DNA of 64,000 bases from assembly GCA_963716255.1 (NCBI GenBank), contig OY970303.1:1600001-1664000 (forward strand), in the 5' to 3' direction. The first letter of the stretch is position 1; the number at the start of each line of letters is the position of its first letter. The notes beneath the pieces were generated by a model. That model was not told the origin of the DNA and did no database searches. It was given only the letters and a program-made list of their open reading frames with translations. This stretch comes from an uncultured Gemmatimonadales bacterium. GTDB taxonomy: Bacteria; Gemmatimonadota; Gemmatimonadetes; Longimicrobiales; Longimicrobiaceae. Shown one piece after another: positions 18,401-27,292 of this stretch. Both the position numbers and the translations under genes were made by a program.

Positions 18401-20145
18401 CCACGGCGGTGGCCATCCCCGGGGGCAACTTCAACCTCCCCCTGACGCGCACCCGGCAGCTGGTGGCGAACGTCGCGCTGAGCGGGGCGGCACCGGGGCC
18501 GGACTGGGCCCAGCAGGTGGACTGGCTCGTCGTTCCGGCCGGGGTGGTCACCGTGTCGGCCAGCGGCCTGGTGACGCCCGTTGCGGCGGGGGCGGCCGTC
18601 GTCACCGCGCAGCGGGGCCGCTTCAGCGCCTCGGTCACCGTCACCGTGATCCCCGCGGCGCCGGCCCCCGCCGCCGCCGCCGTGGGGGTGTTCGCCCCGC
18701 CGGCCTTCAACCCGGCGTGGGCGCCGTTCAACAACGGCCTCCCCCTCACGCTTGTGAACGACCTGGCCCGCGTCACGGGGACCACACGGATCCGCGCGGG
18801 GACCTTCGGGCGGGGGATCTGGGAGTGCGACGTGGGCGCCGCCCCCGTGCAGCGGCGGCTCTACATCCGCCAGACCCTCATCGAGGAGGGGCACGCGTAC
18901 CCGCGGACCATCCCCATGGCGCTGCGCGACGACCCGCGCCTGCCGGCCGGGGCGGTGGGGCTGGACCACGCGCACGCCTTCGACATCCGGGTGGACGCGC
19001 CCCCGTACCGCTTCTTCGACGACCGCGCCGACGGCGTGGAGTTCGACGAGAAGCTGGGGGCCGACTCGCTGGTCCCCCTGCAGACCAACTACGTCTACGT
19101 CCAGGTGCACAACGCCGGGAGCGAGGCGGTGGACGTGGTGGAGGTGCACCTCTTCGTACGGGCCTCGACGGCGGCGCCGTACGCCGCACCGGCGCCCATC
19201 GTGGGCCCGCCGCCGGCGGTCGCGCCGGTCCCGGCGCTCCCCGCCCTGGGGCCCGTCGCCGAGTTCTACAACCCTCCCGGCTTCGCGCTGGCCCCCGCCG
19301 CCGCCGCCTGGACCAAGGTGGGGCAGCGCCCGGCGGGGCGGGTGGCGCCGGGGGAGCCGGTGGTGGTGCGCTTCGACTGGGTGCCGCCCGCCTTCCCGGC
19401 CGCGCCCAACGACAACGCGGCGCTGCTGGCCATATGCGTGGCGCCCACGGACAACGTCTTTCCCGCCGCGCCGGCGGACGTGGGGGCGCTGATCGCGGCG
19501 GAGCCCCGGGCGGCGCTGCGCATCGTGCCCGTGGCCGCCCCCGCTCCCGCCGTGCTCCACCTGCGCGACACCGTTGCCGACGACGGGCGCCGCCGCGGGG
19601 CGGGTCTGGCCGCCGCGCGCAGCCCGGACGTGATGGTGGTGCAGCACCCGCTCCCCCTCCCGCCCGAGCAGTACTTCCGCGACACGCTGGACGCGCGGCC
19701 GCAGGACCGGGTGCGCGCGGGGGCCGACAACCACGTGTACGTGAGGGTGCACAACCGCGGGCGGGGCGCCGGCAACGCCGAGGTGCACGTGTTCGCCGTC
19801 CCGGTGACGGTCGATGGAAGGCCCGACGTCGCCACCGCGAACTGGCAGCGCCTCACGCCGGCCGCCGCCCCGTTCCTCACGGTCCCCGTGCCGGCGCGCG
19901 GCGCCGCCCCGGCGAGCGGCACCGCCCTGGCGCACGTGGCCTGGGCGCCGGTGACCGTCGCCGTCCCCGCCGATTCGCTCAAGCAGGTCGTGGTGGTCGC
20001 CATCGTCCGCGACACCACCACGGGCGAGACCGTCCCCGACGTCGCCCGCATACGCGCCGGCACCGACGACGACCTGTGGAGCCTGCTGCTGCGCATGGTG
20101 GACTCCGACAACGTGGCCGCCCGCGCCGTGAGGTACGAGCCGTGA
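15460..20145 (+). CDS. BNR beta-propeller protein with inserted tandem beta-repeats and a Big_2-like Ig domain (C2)
   Basis: Paralog of C1 (YAGSAHGG.WRT.DGGDTW, WRKRSHGI, GGLQDNG). Extra ~85-aa duplicated module and a V.VSASGLVT.VAAG.A.VTA Ig motif. ATGA overlap with B2. Confidence 0.8.
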   Translation: MSTPDPGATVETADREAIQEREESFFRQMGVSELSYPHALEDAVVHARRAPVAGDARWYPSGPRNVGGRITALAQDPTNALTLYAGSAHGGLWRTIDGGDTWTHLGAEEFNVPVGTIAIHPRQPGLLYVGTGSLKHTYAAGRGLFRVQVAGPLAPAAFDRLAATDPPDVAPAASRDGRAYRYTRIEVDPDAPERFWAASQTGLWRCVVPVAPFPHAAGSAVFTRDFPPDPPAAGSPPLFSGAVPVPGAGWPAYATDVRVARDPRSTDTHAGLSRYLVIYVGVYGEGVWRGRYDRKDDRVEWEKKLDVPGAGASFQRVRLAVCANRPQHVYVVFADPGDMATEVYYSGDSGEHWEKRGQIPAASNGQADYDLVLEVNPFNPDVLLCAAVDVCKSEDGAKNWTPVAHWRFYDRGDHAQHADFHAAIFDVADRRRVWVGNDGGISVLDDLRRIKSPVPLSWRKRSHGILAGQFQDIAVSPALPFVSAGGLQDNGSWASFGGPTWYRIGWADGAGVAFHSGDPRTFFPAQNSAGNMTSVTVAAHQPFVIPPARRYLFSLVSHDVPTPAGATPDALELRMDPIPLPQSSPFVTVVAEDPTTPGQILIGATANPSGGPQALAYWAPPPPAGPYAAFPAALPAPLAVNAVTGPAAAPLPVPAGTECSAVAFGPVIAPAAAPPPPPFPVDGWLGCSNGQLFLCRSAPGGNWQAPGAPLPSASGVPQLVTSIAVHPDDPRTVAVSAVPELGWVRIRIPPGGGGAVGVATFTFAHLPAAAAPAQPTGAGIVLPGTLRTVSFAGPGNFVAGDTWVISPEGTITAGGANTSTGTVTASTTTGQTITVRIPAGGGGALGVAGFTYQVGAGAVVGPQPTAARFPVPGTLVTLLFGAGAYVAGDSWTVSPRAAVAAAGGNTSAGVLTALSWLGGRVYLTWDRGSTWTDVSEPTPPAPLASLPNATVTSLLWDPRNAQALYAGTLAGVYALRNVPVPTAVAIPGGNFNLPLTRTRQLVANVALSGAAPGPDWAQQVDWLVVPAGVVTVSASGLVTPVAAGAAVVTAQRGRFSASVTVTVIPAAPAPAAAAVGVFAPPAFNPAWAPFNNGLPLTLVNDLARVTGTTRIRAGTFGRGIWECDVGAAPVQRRLYIRQTLIEEGHAYPRTIPMALRDDPRLPAGAVGLDHAHAFDIRVDAPPYRFFDDRADGVEFDEKLGADSLVPLQTNYVYVQVHNAGSEAVDVVEVHLFVRASTAAPYAAPAPIVGPPPAVAPVPALPALGPVAEFYNPPGFALAPAAAAWTKVGQRPAGRVAPGEPVVVRFDWVPPAFPAAPNDNAALLAICVAPTDNVFPAAPADVGALIAAEPRAALRIVPVAAPAPAVLHLRDTVADDGRRRGAGLAAARSPDVMVVQHPLPLPPEQYFRDTLDARPQDRVRAGADNHVYVRVHNRGRGAGNAEVHVFAVPVTVDGRPDVATANWQRLTPAAAPFLTVPVPARGAAPASGTALAHVAWAPVTVAVPADSLKQVVVVAIVRDTTTGETVPDVARIRAGTDDDLWSLLLRMVDSDNVAARAVRYEP

Positions 20146-21143
20146 GCGCGCCCGCCTCCCCGCGCCCCGTCGCCCTCCCCGCCGGCGTGGCGGATCCCGC
20201 CGGGAGCAGCGGCTTCGTGGCGGCCCTGGACGGGGGCGTGGACGCGCTGGAGCTGGCGACAGGTCGCGTCCTCTGGCGGAGCCACGACGCCTTTCTCCCC
20301 GTGCTCGCCACCAATGACGCCCTCGCCGCGGCGGGCCGCGAGGGCACGGCGGTGAGGATGCTGCTCCTGGACGCCGCGACCGGGGCGAGGCGCTGGGCCG
20401 GCGCGCCGCTCTCGCCCTCCGCTCCGCTCTGGACGGTGACCGGTGCGAGGCTGGAAGGCGGGAGCCTGGTGCTGGCGTGGTGGGCACAGGATGCCCCGCG
20501 CGGCACGCCCCCGGACCCATCCTCCCCCCGCTATGGTGAGCTGGGGCGGGGCGCCGCCCGGGTGGAGCTGGCGACCGGCCGCGTGGAACCGCTCCCCGCC
20601 CCGGAGGAGCCGGCCTATCCCGGGGACCCGCTCCCCGGCGCTCCCGCCGGGGACCTCCTCCCGGACGTGGGCGGCACCGTGCGGCGCTGGGCCGCGGACG
20701 GCGTAGTGGCCGGCCTTGCCCTGGAGGGAGGAGGCGGCGACGCGAAGCGGCTGGTGCTGCGGCGCTGGAGCCCGGAGACCGGGGCCGCTCTCCCGGACGC
20801 CGTGCTGCTCGATCCCGCGCCGCCGCTGGCGGAGCTCCGGCACCACCGCTTCCCCGACGCCGGCCACGTGTTCCTGCAGCGCTGTCCGCCCGGCGGTGAG
20901 TGCCGGTGGCTGGTCTTCTCGGCCGCGACGGGGGAGCGCGTCGCCGACCTGGCATTCGGGCCGGGCGCCGAGGAGGAGATGGCGGTGGTGGGCGGCGTGC
21001 TCTTCCACCTCGCGCCGGGCGGCCCCGCCGCGGACCCGGGACTGCGGCCCCGCGTGCTGCGCGCCGTGGACCCCGACGGCGGCGCCGTGCTCTGGGAGCA
21101 CCCCGTCGCCCCGGCCCGCGATACCCCCATGGACCTGGCCTGA
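20142..21143 (+). CDS. PQQ-like beta-propeller repeat protein
   Basis: GTGA overlap with the C2 stop. Repeated A.D/E..TG...W motifs (ALELATGRVLW, LLDAATGARRW, AVDPDGGAVLW). Confidence 0.65.
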   Translation: MSAPASPRPVALPAGVADPAGSSGFVAALDGGVDALELATGRVLWRSHDAFLPVLATNDALAAAGREGTAVRMLLLDAATGARRWAGAPLSPSAPLWTVTGARLEGGSLVLAWWAQDAPRGTPPDPSSPRYGELGRGAARVELATGRVEPLPAPEEPAYPGDPLPGAPAGDLLPDVGGTVRRWAADGVVAGLALEGGGGDAKRLVLRRWSPETGAALPDAVLLDPAPPLAELRHHRFPDAGHVFLQRCPPGGECRWLVFSAATGERVADLAFGPGAEEEMAVVGGVLFHLAPGGPAADPGLRPRVLRAVDPDGGAVLWEHPVAPARDTPMDLA

Positions 21144-21149
21144 CCGACC

Positions 21150-21743
21150 ATGATCGTACGCCCCATGATCGGCGGCTGGGAGCCGCCCATGATCGAGCGC
21201 ATCGCCTCGGTGGAGCAGCGGCGCCTCGCCGTCCTCCCCGTCCCCGGCCTGTCCGGCGACCTGCACCAGGACCTGGGGCGCGGCGCCCTGGCCGTGGAGA
21301 TCTCCGGCTCGCTCTCCGGCAACGAGGCGCGCGACGCCTTCCTTGCCGAGGTGCGCGCCAAGTTCCTGGCCGGCGAGCCGGTGGACTTCGTCGCCGACAT
21401 CGTGGCCGAGAGCGAGCTGGAGCAGGTGCTCATCGAGGAGCTGCGCCTGGAGGAGGTGGCCGGGCACCCCGACGCCTTCCGCTACGCCGTGGTGCTGCGC
21501 GAGTACACCGAGCCGCCGGAGCCCCCCGCGCCGGGGATGGACTTCGGGATGGAGCTGGACATGGAGCTGGACCTGCTGGCGGAGCTGGGGCTGGACATGC
21601 TGGACCTGCCTTCGATCCTCCCCAGCATCCCGCAGCTGGGCGACGTGCTGGCCCCGCTCCAGCCGGCCGCGGAGCAGCTGCGCGAAACGGTCGCGGGTGC
21701 CGGGGCGCTGCTGGACCCGCTCAAGAAGCTCCTGGGAGGCTGA
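21150..21743 (+). CDS. Putative tail-tube initiator (Mu DNA-circularisation-N-like) with a helical C-terminal tail
   Basis: VPG..GDLHQDLGRGAL.VEISG resembles the EDLGR motif of the Mu gp43-type N-domain. First gene of the tail module. Confidence 0.5.
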   Translation: MIVRPMIGGWEPPMIERIASVEQRRLAVLPVPGLSGDLHQDLGRGALAVEISGSLSGNEARDAFLAEVRAKFLAGEPVDFVADIVAESELEQVLIEELRLEEVAGHPDAFRYAVVLREYTEPPEPPAPGMDFGMELDMELDLLAELGLDMLDLPSILPSIPQLGDVLAPLQPAAEQLRETVAGAGALLDPLKKLLGG

Positions 21744-21744
21744 C

Positions 21745-22521
21745 GTGGCCGAGCGAGCCTTTCTTTCCGCGGTGCAGGCGCACCTGTCGGGCGCGGGGCT
21801 GGTTCCCGCCCCGGCGCTGGTGGGGCCCGTCGAGCCCGAGGAGGCCACGGAGCTCCCCGCCCTGGTGCTGTCGCTGGACGCGGCGGAGCGCGCCGGCAAC
21901 GGCCTGGGGGAGCGGACCAGCCTGATGGCGGGCGCGCTCCGCTGGCAGGCCGCGGTGGACCTGGCGGACCCGGTCCTGGCCGACGACCCGGCGACCCGGC
22001 TGCTGGACCCCGCCCGCAAGGTCCTGATCCTCCCGCACGGCGGGCTGGTGCGGGAGGACGGGACGGAAGGGCCGCTGGGCCCCGGCGACCTGGCGGTCAC
22101 CGTCAACGGCAACACCCGGGTGTTCACCTCCGACCCGGCCACCGGGACGCTGACCTTCGCGACGGCGCTCCCCGCCACGGGCACGGTGGCGGCCAGCTAC
22201 TTCGTGGGGCAGTGGGAGCGGCGGGTGGCGCGCCTCGCGGGCGTGCTGCGGGTGGACGCCTGCGGAAAGACCGGGGCCGAGGCCGCGGCCCTTTCCGACG
22301 CCGCGCTGGACGCGCTCTCCGGCGAGCGCGTACGCCGGGGGGTGCGCGGCCTGCTTTCGTTCAGCGTGGCCGCCGTGTCCAGTATCGGCGCGGCGGAGCA
22401 GGAAACGAAGCTGCGGCGGCGGACGCTCCGCTTCACCTTCGTCTTCGAGCACGAGATCGACCGGCCCGACTCCTCGGGCGGCGTCATCCGGAGCATTCCG
22501 ATCACGGCGCACCTGGGCTGA
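21745..22521 (+). CDS. Putative tail terminator/cap-like protein with an inserted beta domain
   Basis: GTG at 21745 directly after the upstream TGA, and directly upstream of the sheath. LPALVLSL ... GVLRVDA pattern typical of tail-completion folds. Function is mainly positional inference. Confidence 0.45.
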   Translation: MAERAFLSAVQAHLSGAGLVPAPALVGPVEPEEATELPALVLSLDAAERAGNGLGERTSLMAGALRWQAAVDLADPVLADDPATRLLDPARKVLILPHGGLVREDGTEGPLGPGDLAVTVNGNTRVFTSDPATGTLTFATALPATGTVAASYFVGQWERRVARLAGVLRVDACGKTGAEAAALSDAALDALSGERVRRGVRGLLSFSVAAVSSIGAAEQETKLRRRTLRFTFVFEHEIDRPDSSGGVIRSIPITAHLG

Positions 22522-22561
22522 GAGCGCCCGAGGCGTCCCAACCCTCCCCAAGGAGCGGACG

Positions 22562-23989
22562 ATGAGTGAGACCATCGGCGAAATGATCATCCCGGGCACC
22601 TACATCGAGGTGCGCTCGGAAGGGCTGATCGGCGTTTCCGGGATCGGCACCGGGAACGTGGGCGTGGTGGGGACCGCCAACCGCGGCCCCATCGACCAGG
22701 TGCGCGTGCTGGGCAGCTACGCCGAGGCGCTGGAGACGTTCGGGAGCTACGACGCCTGGCCGTCGGCCTCCGCCGACTTCCCCAAGGCGCTCTCCCTGGT
22801 GCGGACCCTGGAGATGCTGTTCCGGGGCGGCGCATCCACCGTGTACGCGGTGCGCGCGGCCAACACCGGCGTCACCCCCATGGCGAGCACCACCTGGGCC
22901 GTGAAGACGGGGAACGCCGACGCCTTCACCCTCACCGCCACCTCGCCCGGCACCTGGGCCAACGACGTGCAGGCGAAGGTGGAGACCACGGGCGACCCCG
23001 CCACCTCCGCGACCCTCACCCTCGCCCTGGGCCGGGTCAAGGAAAGCTTCACCGCCGCCACCGCCGAGGCGCTCGCCGCCCAGATCAACGAGGGGAGCCG
23101 CTTCGTGACGGCGGGCACGGTGGCCGCGGCGCACAGGGGCAAGGTGCCCAGCGCCGTGGACGCCCCCACGGCCGTGGGGACCAACGGCGACCCCATCACC
23201 ACCACGGAGCTCGCCGGCGGGCTGGCGCTGCTCGCGACCCAGCCCGTCAACATCGTCACCGCGGGCGGCTTCGACGCCAAGACGGCCGCCGGCACGATGC
23301 TGGCCCACCTGGAAGCCACCGAGAACGACGGGCGGGAGCGCATCGCCGTGCTGGGCGCCTCCACCGACACCCCGGCCGACATCATCTCCAACGACTCCAG
23401 CAAGGGCTCCAACCCGCGCCTGGTGCTGGTGGCCCCCGGGATCGTCGCGGACGACGCGGCGCGGGTCGGCGCGAACCGCCGGGTGCGACTCCCCGCCCCG
23501 TACGCCGCCGCGATGGTGGCGGGGAAGATGTCCACCCTGGCCCCGCACGTGAGCCTCACCAACAAGGACGTGCCCGCCGACGGGCTCACCCGCGAGTACA
23601 CGCGCGCCGAGCAGAAGCAGCTGCTGGGGAGCCAGGTGATGGTGCTGGTGCCCAACCTGGGGATCCGCGTGCTCAAGGGGATCACCACCGACACCGGCGC
23701 CTTCCGGCAGGTGTCCGTGCGGCGCGTGGTGGACTACGCCAAGGCCGGAGTGCGGCTGGGCTCCAACCCGTACATCGGGCGCCTGAACAACGTGCGGGTC
23801 CGCGCCGCGCTCAAGGCGACCCTCGACGGCTTCCTGTCCGGGATGGTGCTGGACGAGATGCTGACCGGCTACACGCTCGACGTGTCGGCCACCCGCTCAC
23901 AGGAGATCACCGGACAGGCGGTGGTCACCATGACGCTCCAGCCCACCTTCTCGATCGATTTCGTGAAGGTCATCATGAACCTCCAGTAG
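22562..23989 (+). CDS. Contractile tail sheath protein
   Basis: N-terminal PGTYIEV, VGVVGTANRGP, VSVRRVVDY, YIGRLNN, C-terminal LQPTFSIDFV. RBS AAGGAG upstream. Confidence 0.93.
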   Translation: MSETIGEMIIPGTYIEVRSEGLIGVSGIGTGNVGVVGTANRGPIDQVRVLGSYAEALETFGSYDAWPSASADFPKALSLVRTLEMLFRGGASTVYAVRAANTGVTPMASTTWAVKTGNADAFTLTATSPGTWANDVQAKVETTGDPATSATLTLALGRVKESFTAATAEALAAQINEGSRFVTAGTVAAAHRGKVPSAVDAPTAVGTNGDPITTTELAGGLALLATQPVNIVTAGGFDAKTAAGTMLAHLEATENDGRERIAVLGASTDTPADIISNDSSKGSNPRLVLVAPGIVADDAARVGANRRVRLPAPYAAAMVAGKMSTLAPHVSLTNKDVPADGLTREYTRAEQKQLLGSQVMVLVPNLGIRVLKGITTDTGAFRQVSVRRVVDYAKAGVRLGSNPYIGRLNNVRVRAALKATLDGFLSGMVLDEMLTGYTLDVSATRSQEITGQAVVTMTLQPTFSIDFVKVIMNLQ

Positions 23990-24008
23990 CCGCACAGGGG
24001 AGACGAAG

Positions 24009-24503
24009 ATGCCGACCACGACCGTGTACACGGGGGCCGACGGCTCCATCGCCGTGGCTGTGGAGCCCGGGCCCGCCGGCGACAAGGCCAAGGAGGTGGC
24101 CGACCGCTACTCCCTCACCCCGGTGGGGCGGGTGTCCGGGGTCACCATCCGGGTGACCAACGACGTCAGGGCCTTCCACGAGCTGGGGCAGCGCTTCGCG
24201 ACGGAGCTGCGCCCGGGGAACATGAACGTCTACGGGACCATCGAGCGGGCGCACATCAACGGCGCGCTGCTGCGGCTGATGCTGGGCGAGGCGGCGGACA
24301 GCCGCCCGGCGGGGGCCTTCGTGGGCCCGTCCTTCAACCTGTCGGTGCGCCTGCAGAACCCGGCGGTGCCGGACTCCAGCGCCTCGGTGACGGTGATGGG
24401 GGTGCAGATCAACGAGTGGAACTACACCCTGCCCGAGGACGACTTCGTCCTGGAGCGCGCCTCGTTCCGGGCGCTCTGGATCAAGACCGAGGAAACCGGC
24501 TGA
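24009..24503 (+). CDS. Tail tube protein
   Basis: 164 aa directly after the sheath. Tube-like pattern (VGRVSGV...ELG...ELRPG...GTIERA; C-terminal VLERASFRAL). Confidence 0.8.
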   Translation: MPTTTVYTGADGSIAVAVEPGPAGDKAKEVADRYSLTPVGRVSGVTIRVTNDVRAFHELGQRFATELRPGNMNVYGTIERAHINGALLRLMLGEAADSRPAGAFVGPSFNLSVRLQNPAVPDSSASVTVMGVQINEWNYTLPEDDFVLERASFRALWIKTEETG

Positions 24504-24513
24504 GGGAGAGTAG

Positions 24514-25008
24514 ATGCCCATGCAGCTGACGGCCGAGGACCTGCTCGCGGGCGGGTCCGCCACCCACGTTGTGCGCCTCCCCGAGAGCCTGCTGCGCCCC
24601 GGCGCGAACGGCGATTCCCCGGGGGAGGGCGGAGAGGTCACTCTCCGCCCGCTCCTGGTGCGCGACGTGGACCGGGTGGTGCGCGCCGCCCGCGAGCAGC
24701 GCGTGCTCACCAGCGTGCTGATGGTGCAGCAGGCGCTGGTGTCGCCGAAGCTCACCGTGGACCAGGTGGCGGAGCTCCCGGCGGGGCTGGTGCAGGCGCT
24801 GCTGGAGCGCGTCAACGCCATCAGCGGCCTGGCCGTGGGCGAGGACGACCTGGACCGTGCCGTCCGTGCCCCGCTGGCCCGCGCCTGCTTCGTGCTGGCG
24901 CGGGAGTTCGGGTGGACGCCCGCCGAGTGCTCGGAGCTCACGGTGGGGCAGGTGCTGCTGTACCTGGAGATGCTGGCGCGCGACGGCGAGGGCGGGGGCG
25001 CGGGATGA
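24514..25008 (+). CDS. Tail assembly chaperone-like protein
   Basis: Follows the tube. LTAEDLL...VTLRPL...ALVSPKLT...ISGL is typical of tail chaperones. C-terminal FGWTPAECSELT resembles the GT-type extension. Confidence 0.65.
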   Translation: MPMQLTAEDLLAGGSATHVVRLPESLLRPGANGDSPGEGGEVTLRPLLVRDVDRVVRAAREQRVLTSVLMVQQALVSPKLTVDQVAELPAGLVQALLERVNAISGLAVGEDDLDRAVRAPLARACFVLAREFGWTPAECSELTVGQVLLYLEMLARDGEGGGAG

Positions 25009-26315
25009 GCCCCGTCCCGCACCCCGCGCTCCGGCGCCTGCTGGCCGCCGCGGCGATGCCCGGGCGCTGCCTGGAGTCGCTGGACGCCGCCGCGCCCGGC
25101 CTGGCGGCGGTCGTCCGCGACCTGGAGGGGGCCGCCCTGGTGGTGGACCGCTCGCTGGAGCCGCTGGCCCGCGGGATCGACCTGGCCGCGGTGCTGGGGC
25201 GGGCCGCCGCGCCGCGGGACCGGGTGGACGGCCGCGCGCCGTCCGCCGACCGGGGACGCGCCGGTCCGCGCCCGGAGGAGCCACTGCCGCCGGAGCCGCA
25301 GCGGCGGCCGCGGCGGGTGCCGGACTCCGCTGCGGCCGGGGCGCGCCGGGGGCCCGCCCTGGAGCACGACGCGGCGGCGGTCGCGGCGGTGCTGTCGCGC
25401 TTCGCCCCGGCGGCGGACGCGGGGCCGGCTTCACGGGAGCCCGTTTCAGGAGATGCCGGGGCGGCGGGTTCTTCCCGTCGGCCGGACGCCGTGCGGACGT
25501 CGGCCGACGCGCCGACGCGGATGCCGCCCACGGCGTCGGCCGACACGACGGACGACCGCGCGGACGGCGGGCGGCGTTTCCCGACCCGGGAAGAGGCCGC
25601 GGCGGAGCTGCGCCGCCGGACGGCGGCCACGGCGGGAGACGGAGGGCTCGACACCCCGGTGCGCGTCGACCAGCCCGCGGCGGAAGTGGCCGTGCTGCTC
25701 CGGGACTCGGAGGTGGCGTCGGAGGGTGGACGTCCGGCGCCGGGCGGGCGTTCGACGACGGAGGGCGGACGGCCGATGGTGGACGGCGTACGTGCGGCTT
25801 CGACAGCGCGTCCGGCGTCCGGAGGGTCGACAACCGGAGAGCCGGCGCCGGGAGGGCCGGCGGCGGCGGCGGCCGGCGGTGGGTCCGCGCGGGATGACGG
25901 GCACCTGCACGAGGTGCTGGAGCGGGTGCGGGCCGTGGCGGCGCGCCGGACCGCCGTGGCGGAGGGGATCCGGCCGGCACGTCCCGGGATGGACCCGTTC
26001 GAGGGCGAGGACGGAGCCCACGGGGACGGCGCCCGCGGCGACGGCACCGGCACCGCGGCTGCCGACCCGCCCCGGGCGCCGAAGCCCGCGGCCGTGGCGG
26101 CGGCGGGCGGGCTGCGGGGGCTGGCGCAGCGGGCGGAGGCGGCGGGGCAGGTGCTCGCCCCGCGGGGGGTGACCTTCCCGTCGGCCGGCGCCGAGCCCGC
26201 GGCCGGGGTGGTGGCCGCCCGCGCCGACGAGGCCGAGCTGGCCGAGCGCATCGACCGGCTGCTGCGCCGCGAGGCCCGCCGCCAGGGCATCGACCTGGAG
26301 GGGGTGGGACCGTGA
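25005..26315 (+). CDS. Low-complexity protein at the tape-measure position
   Basis: ATGA and GTGA overlaps at both ends. Pro/Ala/Gly/Arg-rich centre and C-terminal helix ELAERIDRLLRREARRQGID. Confidence 0.55.
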   Translation: MSPVPHPALRRLLAAAAMPGRCLESLDAAAPGLAAVVRDLEGAALVVDRSLEPLARGIDLAAVLGRAAAPRDRVDGRAPSADRGRAGPRPEEPLPPEPQRRPRRVPDSAAAGARRGPALEHDAAAVAAVLSRFAPAADAGPASREPVSGDAGAAGSSRRPDAVRTSADAPTRMPPTASADTTDDRADGGRRFPTREEAAAELRRRTAATAGDGGLDTPVRVDQPAAEVAVLLRDSEVASEGGRPAPGGRSTTEGGRPMVDGVRAASTARPASGGSTTGEPAPGGPAAAAAGGGSARDDGHLHEVLERVRAVAARRTAVAEGIRPARPGMDPFEGEDGAHGDGARGDGTGTAAADPPRAPKPAAVAAAGGLRGLAQRAEAAGQVLAPRGVTFPSAGAEPAAGVVAARADEAELAERIDRLLRREARRQGIDLEGVGP

Positions 26316-27292
26316 GCCTTTCCCGCCCCCGCGCCGTGGTCACGCTGGACGGCCGCGCCCTCACCTCCGCCGAGGCCGCCGTGGCCCGCCTGCGCGTGCT
26401 GTTGGGCGTGGGCGGCTCGCACGACCCCGCCGAGGTGGTCGTGTGGCCCGCGTCCAAGCTGTCCGCCGCGACGCCGGGGAGCACCCTCGCCATCGCGCTG
26501 GGCGAGGAGGGCGAGGAGGAGGACGTGTGGGCGGGGGAGGTGGCGGAGGTGTCCGCCGGGCCCGACGGCGTGGTGCTGGACGCCCTGGCGGGGACCGTCG
26601 CGCTGGGGAGGGAGCGGGTGTCGCGCACCTACCTGGACCAGACCGTGGCCGACGTGGTGCGCGACCTGGCCGGCTCCGCCCCGGTGGACGAAGTGGGCGG
26701 CGACCTGGAGCTCCCCGCCTACACCGTGGACGACCGGCGCACCGTATGGGCGCACCTGCGCGAGCTGGCCGCGCTCTCCGGATCGGACCTGGGCTCCGCG
26801 CCCGACGGCGGTCTGCGCTTCGTCCCGCCGCGCACGGGGAGCGCCGACCACACCTTCCGCCACGGCGCCGAGCTGCTGTCGTGGACCGCCGCCGCCGGCA
26901 GCGCGCGCATCGCCGCCGCGGTCGCCGCCCACGGCGCCGCCAGCGAGGCCGGGGCCGAGCAGTGGCACTGGCTGCGGCGCTCCCCCTCCGGCTCCGGCGG
27001 CGCGCTGCGCGTCCCCGCCGCCGTCCGCACCCGCGACGCCGCCGAGGCCGTGGCGCAGGCGCTCGCCGCGCGGGCCGAGCGGGCCGCCGTGCGGGGCACG
27101 CTGCGGCTCTGGGGGATGCCCGCGGTGCGCCCCGGCGACCTGGTGGAGGCGACCGACCTCCCCACCGGCGACCCGGGGACGCTGCGGGTGCTGCGGGTGG
27201 AGCACGTGCTGGACGGGCGCAGCGGCTTCACCACCACGCTGGACGTGGAGGGAGCCGGCGGCGGCGGCGGGCTCCTGGGCGGGCTGCTCTGA
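26312..27292 (+). CDS. Baseplate hub (phage late-control D / gp27-like)
   Basis: SRTYLDQTVADVVRDLA, W..LRELA..G....DG.LRF, G.PAVRPGDLV and VLRVEHVL...GFTTTL motifs. Confidence 0.85.
   Translation: MSLSRPRAVVTLDGRALTSAEAAVARLRVLLGVGGSHDPAEVVVWPASKLSAATPGSTLAIALGEEGEEEDVWAGEVAEVSAGPDGVVLDALAGTVALGRERVSRTYLDQTVADVVRDLAGSAPVDEVGGDLELPAYTVDDRRTVWAHLRELAALSGSDLGSAPDGGLRFVPPRTGSADHTFRHGAELLSWTAAAGSARIAAAVAAHGAASEAGAEQWHWLRRSPSGSGGALRVPAAVRTRDAAEAVAQALAARAERAAVRGTLRLWGMPAVRPGDLVEATDLPTGDPGTLRVLRVEHVLDGRSGFTTTLDVEGAGGGGGLLGGLL

Noticed and set aside
1..20145. Assembly artefact duplicating the cassette
   Set aside because: The copies are highly diverged with distinct insertions, indicating an old paralogous duplication.
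447..20955. Many long alternative-frame and antisense ORFs (e.g. 4809..10220 -, 15121..20955 -, 2224..5604 +)
   Set aside because: Arg/Gly/Pro-rich shadow frames expected at this GC content. They overlap motif-bearing genes with proper codon bias.
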